Source: Bacteroidota bacterium (lineage in GTDB: Bacteria > Bacteroidota > Bacteroidia > B-17B0 > Aurantibacillaceae). Taken from it: a DNA stretch of 32,000 nucleotides. Positions 8,681-18,522 of the stretch are shown piece by piece. The position numbers were made by a program, and so were the translations under genes. Each line of letters opens with the position of its first letter. The first letter of the stretch is position 1. The notes beneath the pieces are model-generated. The model saw only the letters and a program-made list of their open reading frames with translations. It did no database searches and was not told where the DNA came from. Location of the stretch: NCBI GenBank assembly GCA_003153315.1, contig PLYA01000036.1:205858-237857 (forward strand). Reading direction: 5' to 3'.

Positions 8681-9556
8681 ATGGAATTACTTAGTCCGGA
8701 AAACTGGAAAGATTACGAATTGTTTGATGTTGGAGATTTTGAAAAGCTGGAACGCTTTGGGCAGTATATTACCATCCGTCCCGAACCACAGGCTGTTTGG
8801 CCCAAAACATGGAGCAACGCCGATTGGGAGAAACAAGCGCACGTTAAATTTATTCCCCGCTCAAGCTCCGCCGGAGATTGGAAGAAATTCAAACAAATGC
8901 CCGACCAGTGGAAGATTGGTTATGAGTTTAAAACCCAAAAGTCTGCCATACAATTTAGGTTAGGCCTAACATCGTTTAAACATGTTGGTGTTTTTCCCGA
9001 ACAAGCTGTTAATTGGGACGCTATTGTTTCCTTTCTAAAAGATATTGAGAAGCCCAAGTTCTTGAATCTCTTTGCTTACACCGGCGGCGCTTCTTTGGCA
9101 GCAAGAGCAGCGGGTGCTGATGTTACCCATGTAGACAGTATAAAACAAGTGGTTACCTGGGCTAATGAAAACATGCAATTATCTAACTTAGATAACATCC
9201 GCTGGATGGTAGATGATGCGATGAAGTTTGTAAAAAAAGAATCGCGTAGAGGGAATTTATATCACGGTATTATTTTAGATCCCCCCGCTTATGGGCATGG
9301 TCCTAATGGCGAGAAATGGAAACTGGAAGACAACATAGCTGAAATGATGGGGGAGGTTCTTAAAGTTTTAAACCCTGAAAAACACTTACTTATATTAAAT
9401 GCATACTCATTAGGCTTTAGCAGTATAATAATTGAGAACTTTTTGCGTTCCTATGCTAAACAACACAAGTCTGCTTTACAAACCGGAGAATTGTTTTTAC
9501 AAGCCAAGAGCGGTGTAAAGCTTCCGTTGGGTGTTTGGGGTCGGCTTACCAAATAA
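8681..9556 (+). CDS. class I SAM-dependent methyltransferase (RlmI/RlmK-like catalytic domain)
   Basis: FAYTGGASLAARAAGA SAM-binding motif and ILDPPAYG catalytic motif. It lies 9 nt after trmB, so it is probably co-transcribed. Confidence 0.82.
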   Translation: MELLSPENWKDYELFDVGDFEKLERFGQYITIRPEPQAVWPKTWSNADWEKQAHVKFIPRSSSAGDWKKFKQMPDQWKIGYEFKTQKSAIQFRLGLTSFKHVGVFPEQAVNWDAIVSFLKDIEKPKFLNLFAYTGGASLAARAAGADVTHVDSIKQVVTWANENMQLSNLDNIRWMVDDAMKFVKKESRRGNLYHGIILDPPAYGHGPNGEKWKLEDNIAEMMGEVLKVLNPEKHLLILNAYSLGFSSIIIENFLRSYAKQHKSALQTGELFLQAKSGVKLPLGVWGRLTK

Positions 9557-9562
9557 CAACAC

Positions 9563-11122
9563 ATGCAGTTAAAAGGTTACCTAACGCATAAAAATGTTTT
9601 TCTTTTTGGCTTAATCCTTATTGCGGTCGGTATGCCGCTATCCCGCTTTTTAGTTAGTGTTTCTTATTTTGTTTTACTTGGCAACTGGGTAATAGAAAGA
9701 AACTTTGTAAGCAAATGGAACGCGATAAAAAAATCTAAAGCTTTTTGGGCTTTTGTTGCCATTTATCTTTTTTATGTAATAGGTTTATTATGGACCAGTG
9801 ATTATGCTTATGGCCTAAAAGATTTGAAAACCAAGCTTCCTATGCTTTGGTTGCCCCTTTTGTTTTTTACCTCTCCTCCCCTCATAAAGAAAGATTATCA
9901 TTTGGTGATGCACTTTTTTGTTTTGGCCTGTATAATAGCTTCGTTTTGTAGCACGGCTGCTTATTTCGGAATTCTGCACAAGAAGGTTCATAACGTAAGG
10001 GATATCTCTCTTTTCGAATCACATATACGGTTCTCATTAATGATAGTCCTTTCCATCGTTTATATGTTTTTCTGTTTCTTAAAGCCTTTATTACTTAAAC
10101 AGAAGCCTATTTATTTAATAGTTATTGGGTGGCTTCTTTTCTTTTTAATATTCCTGCAATCCTTTACAGGGCTTATTATACTAAGCATTTTAGCAATAGT
10201 TGGAATTATTATTTTCCTGTTTTCAAAACAATCCGTCGTTTTTAAAACAATATTCTTGATTTTGGTTGGCGGAGCTTTTCTTTACACCGTTTATTTGATA
10301 AGAGATGAGTATCAAAAGTTATATCTTATAAATGAAATAGATTTTAAAACATTGCCTGATTATACTAAGCAGGGGCACGCATATTATCACGAAAAAAATT
10401 ACAGGCTCACCGAAAATGGCAACTACATCTATATTTTGATGTGTGAAGAAGAATTAAAAAAAGGATGGGTCAAAAGGAGTAATTTAAATTATGATAGTTT
10501 AGATGCAAAAAAAAACCCTCTGCGATATACACTTATGAGATATCTGACTTCAAAAGGTCTTACAAAAGATTCTGCCGGATTTTCAAAATTGACCGATACA
10601 GATATTAGATGTATAGAAAACGGCTATCCTAATTATTTGTATACCAACCCAACCAATATACGTACGCGCATACATGAAATATTATGGGAAATAGATCGCT
10701 ATAGATGTAAACATGAAACAAACGGGCATTCTCTTACCATGCGCCTTGAGTTTTGGAAAACAGCCTATCATATCATAAAGCAAAATCCATGGTTTGGTGT
10801 TGGAACTGGAGATGTTGAAATGGCCTTTAAAGATCAATATAAAAAAGAGAACACCCGTTTACAAAAAGAGTGGCAACTGCGTTCGCATAACCAATACTTA
10901 GCGGTCACAGTCGCTTTAGGCCTTGTTGGTTTGTTGGTTTTTTTAATTCATTTGTTCGCGCCTTTTTTCTCGAAAAAGAAATTATCGGTTTTTTTTATTT
11001 TCTTTTTGTTGATTGAACTGTTGTCATTTATTAATGAAGATACGCTTGAAACACAGGCGGGTTTAACCTTTTGTGTGTTTTTTACTCAGTTACTATTTCA
11101 CAACGACGAGTATAATGTGTAG
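9563..11122 (+). CDS. O-antigen ligase (Wzy_C)-like polytopic membrane protein
   Basis: At least 10 hydrophobic helices. A soluble loop is followed by HNQYLAVTVALGLVGLLVFL, typical of the Wzy_C/O-antigen ligase family. Adjacent to a glycosyltransferase. Confidence 0.78.
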   Translation: MQLKGYLTHKNVFLFGLILIAVGMPLSRFLVSVSYFVLLGNWVIERNFVSKWNAIKKSKAFWAFVAIYLFYVIGLLWTSDYAYGLKDLKTKLPMLWLPLLFFTSPPLIKKDYHLVMHFFVLACIIASFCSTAAYFGILHKKVHNVRDISLFESHIRFSLMIVLSIVYMFFCFLKPLLLKQKPIYLIVIGWLLFFLIFLQSFTGLIILSILAIVGIIIFLFSKQSVVFKTIFLILVGGAFLYTVYLIRDEYQKLYLINEIDFKTLPDYTKQGHAYYHEKNYRLTENGNYIYILMCEEELKKGWVKRSNLNYDSLDAKKNPLRYTLMRYLTSKGLTKDSAGFSKLTDTDIRCIENGYPNYLYTNPTNIRTRIHEILWEIDRYRCKHETNGHSLTMRLEFWKTAYHIIKQNPWFGVGTGDVEMAFKDQYKKENTRLQKEWQLRSHNQYLAVTVALGLVGLLVFLIHLFAPFFSKKKLSVFFIFFLLIELLSFINEDTLETQAGLTFCVFFTQLLFHNDEYNV

Positions 11123-11131
11123 TTTTGTCCC

Positions 11132-12175
11132 GTGAAAATCATAGAGGTTAATACTGAAAAAACATGGCGCGGTGGTGAGCGACAAACACTTTACAATATT
11201 CAAGGGTTTATACAACAGGGACACGAAGTAGAATTAATTTGTCGAAAAAATTTTCCTTTGCATCAAAAAACTAAAGACCTAGGTATCCCTATTTATGCTG
11301 TCAATAATGGGCTACAAGCTATTTGGTGCTTAATAAAACGAGCCCGCCATATCAGTATCATACACGCACAAACATCTTCCGGACAAATGTATGGTGTTAT
11401 ATCTTCATTCTTTCATAAAGTGCCTACGGTTTATACACGCCGGGTAGATTTTGTTCCTTCCGGTTTTTTTACCAAACTAAAGTATAAACGCACGAATAAA
11501 ATAATAGCCATATCCATGGCTATAAAAAGTATTTTAGAAAACTTTGGGCTAAGTAATGTTTCTTTAGTTCCTGAAATTGCTATTGCTAAAAGCTTAAATG
11601 AAGAGCGTGCCAAAAAACTAATCCACTTTAAAGGTTGGCATAACAAAAAAATTGTTGCAACGGTTGCAGCGCTTGTTCAGCATAAAGACCCCATTACCAT
11701 GGTGCAGACTATTTATCACTTATCACAAATGCGTGATGATTTTATGTTTCTGCATTTTGGCGAAGGCGTTTTGCGGCATAATGTTAAAAAAGAAATTGCC
11801 CGATTAAATGTTAGCCGCTGGTATCATTTAATGGGGCACGTAGATGATGTGGAAGATTTCTTTTCTGTTTTTGATGTGTTTACTATGAGCTCGGAAGAAG
11901 AGGGGTTGGGCAGCAGTGTGCTGGATGCTTTTATATATAAAGTACCCGTAGTAACAACCAGTGCAGGCGGTTTAAAAGAAGTGGTAGAAGGCAACGGTTT
12001 GGTTTGCGATGTCAAAGATGCCAAAGCACTTGCGATTAGTATTAATGAGGTTTTAAATAATGCTAGTTTAAGAAAAGACATCACTAATTCTGCCTACGAA
12101 ACCGTTATTACAAAATATTCTGTCGAAACCATTACCAAAAAATACGAAGAGGTTTTTAAAGAAGTGCTAAAATAA
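11132..12175 (+). CDS. glycosyltransferase family 4 (GT-B fold)
   Basis: C-terminal EEEGLGSSVLDAFIYKVPVVTTSAGGLKEVV (E-x7-E region). GTG start. Confidence 0.87.
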   Translation: MKIIEVNTEKTWRGGERQTLYNIQGFIQQGHEVELICRKNFPLHQKTKDLGIPIYAVNNGLQAIWCLIKRARHISIIHAQTSSGQMYGVISSFFHKVPTVYTRRVDFVPSGFFTKLKYKRTNKIIAISMAIKSILENFGLSNVSLVPEIAIAKSLNEERAKKLIHFKGWHNKKIVATVAALVQHKDPITMVQTIYHLSQMRDDFMFLHFGEGVLRHNVKKEIARLNVSRWYHLMGHVDDVEDFFSVFDVFTMSSEEEGLGSSVLDAFIYKVPVVTTSAGGLKEVVEGNGLVCDVKDAKALAISINEVLNNASLRKDITNSAYETVITKYSVETITKKYEEVFKEVLK

Positions 12176-12321
12176 ACCCTCTTTTCATAAAGGGCATATA
12201 GTGTTTATTAAAACACCGAAACAATCTCTTTCCGTTAATCCTTTTTCATACATAATATAAAAAAACAATACGGTATATTAAAACAAGCTATATATTCGTT
12301 AAAAATTTACAAATACTTAAC

Positions 12322-14337
12322 ATGAAGAACGTACTTATTAAAACAACAATTGTAGCACTTACTATTATGAATGTAACCGCGCAAAACCCCGGCATTAAAC
12401 TTGCCGATATGGATAAAAGCATTGACCCCTGTGATGATTTTTATCAATATGCCAACGGCACTTGGTTAAAAAACACGCAAATTCCTGCGCAAGAATCCCG
12501 TTGGGGCAGCTTTAACGAGCTTGTTGACCGTAATTATGATAACCTTAAAAAGATATTAGAAGAATGTGCCAATGATAAGTTTGCAAAGCCCGGAAGCAAC
12601 AGACAAAAAATAGGTGATTTTTATCGCATAAGCATGGATACTTTAAAGCTTGAAAAAGAAGGTTTCTCTCCTATTGCAACTTATATTGTAAGTATTAATA
12701 AAATTGTCAATAAAAATGATTTGTTTAAGACAGTTGCAGAATTCCACAATAAAGGTATATCGGGTTTATTTGGTTTTGCAGTTGAAGCCGATATGAAAAA
12801 CAGTAATGCAAACGCCGTTTATTTTACACAACCTCGTTTGGGCTTACCTGATAAGATGTATTATACCGATGCTAAATATGAAAGCATACGTGTAGCTTAT
12901 AAAAAACATATTGAAAATATGTTTTCTTTACTGGGTGATAAAGCGGATGTGGCTGTAAAAAATGCTGAAACAGTTTTTAACATCGAAAGTCAAATGGCTG
13001 ATGCATCCATGGGACGTATAGAATTACGTGATGACGAAAAACAATATAACAAGTTTACCAAAGTCGATTTCTTTAAAAAACAAAGCAATCTAAATTTCAA
13101 TTTATATATAACAACTGCGGCAGTTGTTAACCCGTTTATAGATGTAGTTGTTAGGCAGCCTCTTTATTTTGATAAACTAAATCAAATGGTAACCAGTGTT
13201 TCTGTTGCCGATTGGAAAACCTATTTCAGGTGGTGTTTGATTCATGAAACTGCTTCTTTTTTAAGCGCTCATTTCGTTAAAGAAAATTTCTCTTTTTATG
13301 GAACTACCTTACAAGGTGCTAAAGAAATGAAACCTCGCTGGAAACGATCTTTGGCTACTATAGACCATAGCATAGGCGAAGCTCTGGGGCAACTGTTTGT
13401 TGACAAATACTTTGATGCAGAATCTAAAAAGAAAGTAAACGAAATGGTAGATAACCTCACCACTTCCTTTAGAGAGCGCATTAAAACACGTGTATGGATG
13501 GGTGATGTAACGAAGCAAAAAGCTATGGAAAAACTTGATAAAATAATGCGTAAATTAGGTTATCCCGATAAATGGAAAGACTATACTACGCTAACAATTA
13601 CCAACGATTCGTATGTTGCCAACGTATTACGTTCGGGGCATTATACATATAAAGAAATGATTGATAAAATAGGCAAACCTGTTGATAAAACTGAATGGGG
13701 AATGACTCCACCTACTGTAAATGCTTATTATAATCCCAGCTATAACGAGATTGTTTTTCCTGCGGGCATTATGCAACCACCCTTTTTTGATGTGAAGGCG
13801 GATGATGCGGCAAACTACGGTGTAATGGGTTCTATTATTGGGCATGAACTTACACACGGTTTTGACGACCAAGGTGCGAAATATGATGCGGACGGGAACC
13901 TAAAAGATTGGTGGACAGAAGAAGATATGAAAAACTTTAACGCTCGAACGGGCGTTATTCGCGACCAGTTTAATGGGTATATAGCTATTGATACGCTTCA
14001 TGTAAATGGACAATTAACTCTCGGCGAAAACATTGCCGATTTAGGCGGTTTAACCATGAGCTATTATGCGTATGAGCTTTCTTTAAAAGGAAAAAAATCT
14101 CCGGTAATAAATGGCTTTACGGGTGAGCAGCGTTTCTTTATTGCCTGGGCTCAGGGTTGGAAAACTTTATCGCGTCCCGAAGCTTTAAAACAACAAATTG
14201 CTACCAACCCACACAGTCCGGGTAATTTTAGGGCAAATGGGCCAATGAGCAACATGAAAGAGTTTTATGACGCTTTTAATGTAAAGGAAACCAACAAAAT
14301 GTTCCGTCCAACAAACATACATGCAGAGGTTTGGTAA
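12322..14337 (+). CDS. pepO: M13 family zinc metallopeptidase (PepO / endothelin-converting-enzyme-like)
   Basis: Signal peptide, HExxH in IGHELTHGFDDQG, second zinc-ligand motif GENIADLGG, C-terminal HAEVW. Confidence 0.92.
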   Translation: MKNVLIKTTIVALTIMNVTAQNPGIKLADMDKSIDPCDDFYQYANGTWLKNTQIPAQESRWGSFNELVDRNYDNLKKILEECANDKFAKPGSNRQKIGDFYRISMDTLKLEKEGFSPIATYIVSINKIVNKNDLFKTVAEFHNKGISGLFGFAVEADMKNSNANAVYFTQPRLGLPDKMYYTDAKYESIRVAYKKHIENMFSLLGDKADVAVKNAETVFNIESQMADASMGRIELRDDEKQYNKFTKVDFFKKQSNLNFNLYITTAAVVNPFIDVVVRQPLYFDKLNQMVTSVSVADWKTYFRWCLIHETASFLSAHFVKENFSFYGTTLQGAKEMKPRWKRSLATIDHSIGEALGQLFVDKYFDAESKKKVNEMVDNLTTSFRERIKTRVWMGDVTKQKAMEKLDKIMRKLGYPDKWKDYTTLTITNDSYVANVLRSGHYTYKEMIDKIGKPVDKTEWGMTPPTVNAYYNPSYNEIVFPAGIMQPPFFDVKADDAANYGVMGSIIGHELTHGFDDQGAKYDADGNLKDWWTEEDMKNFNARTGVIRDQFNGYIAIDTLHVNGQLTLGENIADLGGLTMSYYAYELSLKGKKSPVINGFTGEQRFFIAWAQGWKTLSRPEALKQQIATNPHSPGNFRANGPMSNMKEFYDAFNVKETNKMFRPTNIHAEVW

Positions 14338-14377
14338 AATTTTGACATTTTTAACCGCGCACAATTCAATAATTAAC

Positions 14378-14385
14378 TACATTTG
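14378..14385 (+). promoter_or_regulatory. candidate -7 promoter box (TAnnTTTG)
   Basis: TACATTTG matches exactly, 26 nt upstream of the ATG at 14412. Confidence 0.3.
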
Positions 14386-14411
14386 TTCTAAATAATTAAA
14401 AAAACAAAACC

Positions 14412-14603
14412 ATGAAAAAAATCTTTTTAACCTTAGCATTAGCTTCTTTTGTTGGAGCAACTACCGTGTCAGCTTCAACTTTTGGCGATGACAAAAAAGG
14501 TGATGACAAAAACAAAAAAGAATGTAAGAAAGATTGCAAAAAAGACGGTAAATCTTGCTGCAAAAAATCTGGAACTGCAACTACTACATCAGATAAAAAA
14601 TAA
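14412..14603 (+). CDS. small secreted Lys/Cys-rich protein
   Basis: 63-aa ORF with signal peptide MKKIFLTLALASFVGATTVSAS. The mature part is KKECKKDCKKDGKSCCKK. A strong terminator follows. Confidence 0.55.
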   Translation: MKKIFLTLALASFVGATTVSASTFGDDKKGDDKNKKECKKDCKKDGKSCCKKSGTATTTSDKK

Positions 14604-14625
14604 TTTTTAGATTTTGTCTTTTAAT

Positions 14626-14660
14626 AAAAACCGCTACGAATTTGGTAGCGGTTTTTTTAT
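14626..14660 (+). terminator. Rho-independent terminator
   Basis: Stem aaaaaccgctac / gtagcggttttt with a trailing T-run, 23 nt after the stop at 14603. Confidence 0.75.
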
Positions 14661-14846
14661 TGTCAATGCCCTCTCCTTAAAAACCCCATAAGATTCTTTT
14701 TAGGAAACAGCAGATTAAAAACAACTTGTAAAAGTTTTAATTTTACTCATCAAGATTAAATGTTAATCCACAAAAAACATATATCTGGCTAATTATTATT
14801 TGTTGATAAAAAAATTTGTGTACTTTAAACCTCTCATTTTTGGTTA

Positions 14847-15926
14847 GTGATAAAGTTTATTCTTAAAAAAGTGTTTTATGGGTTTGTGGTGTTGTTGGGT
14901 GTAATAACTACCATCTTCTTTTTATTTAATGTTCTTCCCGGAGACCCCGCAACAGTATTGCTTGGGCAACGCGCCAACAAAGATGCTGTAGAAGCTATTA
15001 ACAGAGATTTGGGCCGAGATAAGCCGGTACTTACTCAATACTTTATTTACCTGAACGACTTATCTGTTATTTCTTTTCACAACGAGAAAGATAAGAAGAG
15101 CGGTTTTTATTTAGACAAAGAAAAATACTCTTATAAATACTTGTGTTCTTTTGGGGAGGGCGGTTGTATGGTTGCAAAATATCCCTATTTCCGTCGTTCA
15201 TACATTACCAAAAGAAAGGTTTCGGAAATTATAATTGAAACCTTACCCGAAACAGCGGTATTAGCACTTAGCTCTATTATTCTGGCCACCATTGTGGGTA
15301 TATTTTTAGGCATTATTGCGGCTATAAAAAAAGATACTTTCTTTGATCGCTTCTCCCTTGTGCTTTCTGCACTCGGAATGTCTGCTCCTTCATTTTTTGT
15401 AGGAGTAATTATAGCTTGGTTGTTTGGATATATTCTTGCTGATTATACGGGACTTCGAACGATAGGTAGCTTGTATGAATACGATGATTATACAGGAGAG
15501 AAATACCTCAGTCTTAAAAACTTAATACTACCAACCATAACTTTAGGTATGCGTCCCTTAGCTATTGTAGTGCAGCTTATGCGAAGCTCATTATTGGATG
15601 TTCTTTCTCAGGATTATATACGTACTGCCAAAGCCAAAGGCTTAACCTTTTATAAAATTATTATCCGTCACGCACTTAAAAACGCACTAAACCCTGTTGT
15701 TACAGCTATATCAGGTTGGTTTGCGGGGTTGATGGCAGGCGCGGTATTTGTAGAAATTGTGTTTAGCTGGAAGGGTATTGGTTATGAGGTTTTCGATGCG
15801 CTGACTAAGAACGACCTCCCTGTAGTAATGGGTGCAACGCTTATATTTGCTACATTCTTTGTGGTTATTAATATTTTTGTAGACATCATTTACGGTATTC
15901 TCGATCCTCGCATCCGGGTTAAATAA
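14847..15926 (+). CDS. ABC transporter permease, DppB/OppB-type (peptide/nickel family)
   Basis: N-terminal IKFILKKVFYGFVVLLGVITTIFFL..LPGDP. EAA-like loop DYIRTAKAKGLTFYKIIIRHALKNAL. GTG start. Confidence 0.87.
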   Translation: MIKFILKKVFYGFVVLLGVITTIFFLFNVLPGDPATVLLGQRANKDAVEAINRDLGRDKPVLTQYFIYLNDLSVISFHNEKDKKSGFYLDKEKYSYKYLCSFGEGGCMVAKYPYFRRSYITKRKVSEIIIETLPETAVLALSSIILATIVGIFLGIIAAIKKDTFFDRFSLVLSALGMSAPSFFVGVIIAWLFGYILADYTGLRTIGSLYEYDDYTGEKYLSLKNLILPTITLGMRPLAIVVQLMRSSLLDVLSQDYIRTAKAKGLTFYKIIIRHALKNALNPVVTAISGWFAGLMAGAVFVEIVFSWKGIGYEVFDALTKNDLPVVMGATLIFATFFVVINIFVDIIYGILDPRIRVK

Positions 15927-15934
15927 AACTATTT

Positions 15935-16690
15935 ATGCGCAAGAAAATTGTTGCTGCCAACTGGAAAATGAACAAGACTTTACAAGAAGCCCAAGCTCTT
16001 GTAAAAACTATTCTTTCTGGTTCGGGCAGTAATAACGAGGTTACTAAAATAATCATACCCCCTGCCCTGTTCATTACCGAACTTACTCACTTAACAAAGG
16101 AAAATCCTTCCTTTTCTATCGGCGCACAAAACTGTTATCATGCAGAAAGTGGTGCCTTCACAGGAGAGTTAAGCGCCTCTGCCATAGCTTCTTGTGGAGC
16201 TAAGTACCTCATTATTGGTCATTCCGAGCGCCGCCAATATTTTAACGAAACAGCCGATCAACTAAAACAAAAAATAAACCTCGCACTCAAACACAAACTA
16301 ATTCCTATTTATTGTGTGGGCGAAAAACTAAACGAACGCCAAACCAACCATTATTTTACGGCCGTAAAAAACCAGATACAGGAAGTTCTTTTTCATTTAC
16401 CCGAAACAGATATTGAAAACATTATCATTGCCTACGAACCCGTTTGGGCAATAGGCACCGGCTTAAACGCTACTCCCGAACAGGCTCAGGAAATGCATTC
16501 CTTTATTCGGTTTGCAATTATGGAAAAATATGGGGCCGATGTTTCCAATAAAATTAGTATCTTGTATGGCGGTAGTTGCAATGCCAAAAACGCTAAAGAG
16601 TTATTTGCTTGTGCTGATGTAGATGGCGGCTTAATTGGCGGGGCATCCTTAGTTGCTGAAGAGTTTTTACAAATCACTAATTCATTTTAA
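15935..16690 (+). CDS. tpiA: triosephosphate isomerase
   Basis: AANWKMN, IGHSERR and AYEPVWAIGTG signature motifs. Confidence 0.95.
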   Translation: MRKKIVAANWKMNKTLQEAQALVKTILSGSGSNNEVTKIIIPPALFITELTHLTKENPSFSIGAQNCYHAESGAFTGELSASAIASCGAKYLIIGHSERRQYFNETADQLKQKINLALKHKLIPIYCVGEKLNERQTNHYFTAVKNQIQEVLFHLPETDIENIIIAYEPVWAIGTGLNATPEQAQEMHSFIRFAIMEKYGADVSNKISILYGGSCNAKNAKELFACADVDGGLIGGASLVAEEFLQITNSF

Positions 16691-16691
16691 A

Positions 16692-17525
16692 ATGGAATAT
16701 GTTTGTGTCTCTTTTACCGTAAATCCTCCCGAACCCGGCAGTGAGATTTTAGCCTCTGCTCTATCCGAAGAAAACTTTGAAAGTTTTGTACATAACGATA
16801 CCGGCTTCGAGGCATTCATTCAACAACCTTTGTTTAACGAAACTATTCTGCAAAATCTTTCACAGCAATATCCCCGAATAAAGTTTACCCACAGCGTAAA
16901 AAAAATAAAAAACCAAAACTGGAACGAGGTTTGGGAAAAAAGCTTCTCTCCTGTTATTATAGAAAACTTCTGTACCATACGCGCCCCTTTTCACCCCGCT
17001 CCTACCCCACCTCTTTTAGATATTATTATAGAACCTAAAATGTCCTTTGGCACGGGGCATCACCAAACAACTTGGCTCATGTCAAAAGCTTTGTTTGGTT
17101 TAAACCTGCCCAACAAATCTGTTTTAGATGTGGGTTGCGGCACAGGCATCCTTTCCATCATTGCAAAAAAGTTGGGCGCCCAACACGTAATAGGCATTGA
17201 TATAGACGAGTGGAGCATAGAAAACTCACGCGAAAACCGCAAAGCAAATGGTTACCGCAAAGAGGCTATTGATTTTTACCAAGGCACCATTAATAGTATC
17301 GAGAACGATACTTTTGATGTAATGCTGGCAAACATCAACAAAAACATATTGCTTAAAGAAATAAGTAAATACGCGGCTCACCTAAACCCGGGTGGCATAC
17401 TGCTAATCAGTGGTTTTTTTGATAATGATGGCCCCGAGCTTATTGCCGCAGCAGAAAAAACTGCACTAAAAAACACGGGCAAAGAACTTAAAAACGAGTG
17501 GGCAATGCTCTCCTTCCAAAAATAA
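16692..17525 (+). CDS. prmA: ribosomal protein L11 methyltransferase
   Basis: SFGTGHHQTT, DVGCGTGILSI and FDVMLANI motifs. The start is moved to ATG 16692 (MEYVCVSF), directly after the tpiA stop, instead of the overlapping track start at 16653. Confidence 0.9.
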   Translation: MEYVCVSFTVNPPEPGSEILASALSEENFESFVHNDTGFEAFIQQPLFNETILQNLSQQYPRIKFTHSVKKIKNQNWNEVWEKSFSPVIIENFCTIRAPFHPAPTPPLLDIIIEPKMSFGTGHHQTTWLMSKALFGLNLPNKSVLDVGCGTGILSIIAKKLGAQHVIGIDIDEWSIENSRENRKANGYRKEAIDFYQGTINSIENDTFDVMLANINKNILLKEISKYAAHLNPGGILLISGFFDNDGPELIAAAEKTALKNTGKELKNEWAMLSFQK

Positions 17526-17530
17526 AATAT

Positions 17531-18427
17531 ATGGCGGTCTGCGTTAGGCTAAAGCTTTTATTCCTCCTTTTCATTCCCTTCAGCTTCTCTTTCGCTCAAC
17601 CCTATGTAGATATTATTAATACAAGCGCCCAGTCGGTAAACACAACGTATTATAAAGACACACTTAAAAGTAAAAACCAAACCAACAACTATTACCTAAA
17701 CCTTACCGTTCCTTTAGTAATAGATTCTCAAAACACCATTATTCTTCGCTTCTATGGCGAGCAACTGCAATCAACTATTAAAAACAACTTATACCCCGAA
17801 ACCAACAACCTCTATTCTACCCTTTTATTCTTAGGCTTGCAGCACGAAACAAAAAACAAAAAGTGGAAAACCCTCGGTCTTGTGATGCCCAAACTAAGTT
17901 CAGATTTTAAGAACCCCATCAGCACTTACGATATGCAGCTGGGCGGCTATGGCCTGGTTACTTACGTCCATAACCCCAAACTAAAAATAAAACTCGGGCT
18001 TTATTATAACCGCGATTGTTTTGGCAACTTTTTTGTGCCGCTTGCCGGGGTAGACTGGCGCATAAGCGACAGGTTTCAAATGTATGGGGTGCTGCCCACC
18101 TCCTATCGGTTGGAGTTTGCCCTCATCAAACAAAAACTATACGCGGGTTTTGCCTTCAAATCCTATACCCGCTCTTATAGAATTAGCGATGCCAACCACA
18201 ACTACGTAAAAAATGCCGAACTACAGGCCAAGCTCTTTGTAGATGTGTACATCAAAAAACGCTTTGTGCTTTTTGCCGAATTTGGCAGAACTATTAATTA
18301 CAGTCCGCAGGCTTATGAGTATGGCACCAAAACAGAATTATTAAGTTACCCCATCTACACCAAAATACAGGATGCCTTTTTAGTGCAAGCCGGTTTAGCT
18401 TATAGGATACGGACTGATTTTAAGTAA
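17531..18427 (+). CDS. hypothetical secreted / outer-membrane beta-barrel-like protein
   Basis: ATG 17531 gives signal peptide MAVCVRLKLLFLLFIPFSFSFAQ. The mature protein shows an alternating beta-strand-like pattern. No family recognised. Confidence 0.65.
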   Translation: MAVCVRLKLLFLLFIPFSFSFAQPYVDIINTSAQSVNTTYYKDTLKSKNQTNNYYLNLTVPLVIDSQNTIILRFYGEQLQSTIKNNLYPETNNLYSTLLFLGLQHETKNKKWKTLGLVMPKLSSDFKNPISTYDMQLGGYGLVTYVHNPKLKIKLGLYYNRDCFGNFFVPLAGVDWRISDRFQMYGVLPTSYRLEFALIKQKLYAGFAFKSYTRSYRISDANHNYVKNAELQAKLFVDVYIKKRFVLFAEFGRTINYSPQAYEYGTKTELLSYPIYTKIQDAFLVQAGLAYRIRTDFK

Positions 18428-18522
18428 CCCCACTCCTAACAACCCTCTCTTAATTATATCTAAGTTTAAATTACCTGCCTTTTTATTTATTAATTTGGCT
18501 CATTACTTTGTGCTTATAAATT

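Noticed and set aside
16653-16691. Upstream track starts for prmA (16653), the beta-barrel protein (17498), radA (7978), mnmG (26405, TTG), the kinase (29801, TTG) and GIY-YIG (21162, TTG).
   Set aside because: Each extension overlaps the preceding gene or a repeat, or uses a non-ATG codon. A downstream ATG gives the canonical family N-terminus or a clean signal peptide in each case.
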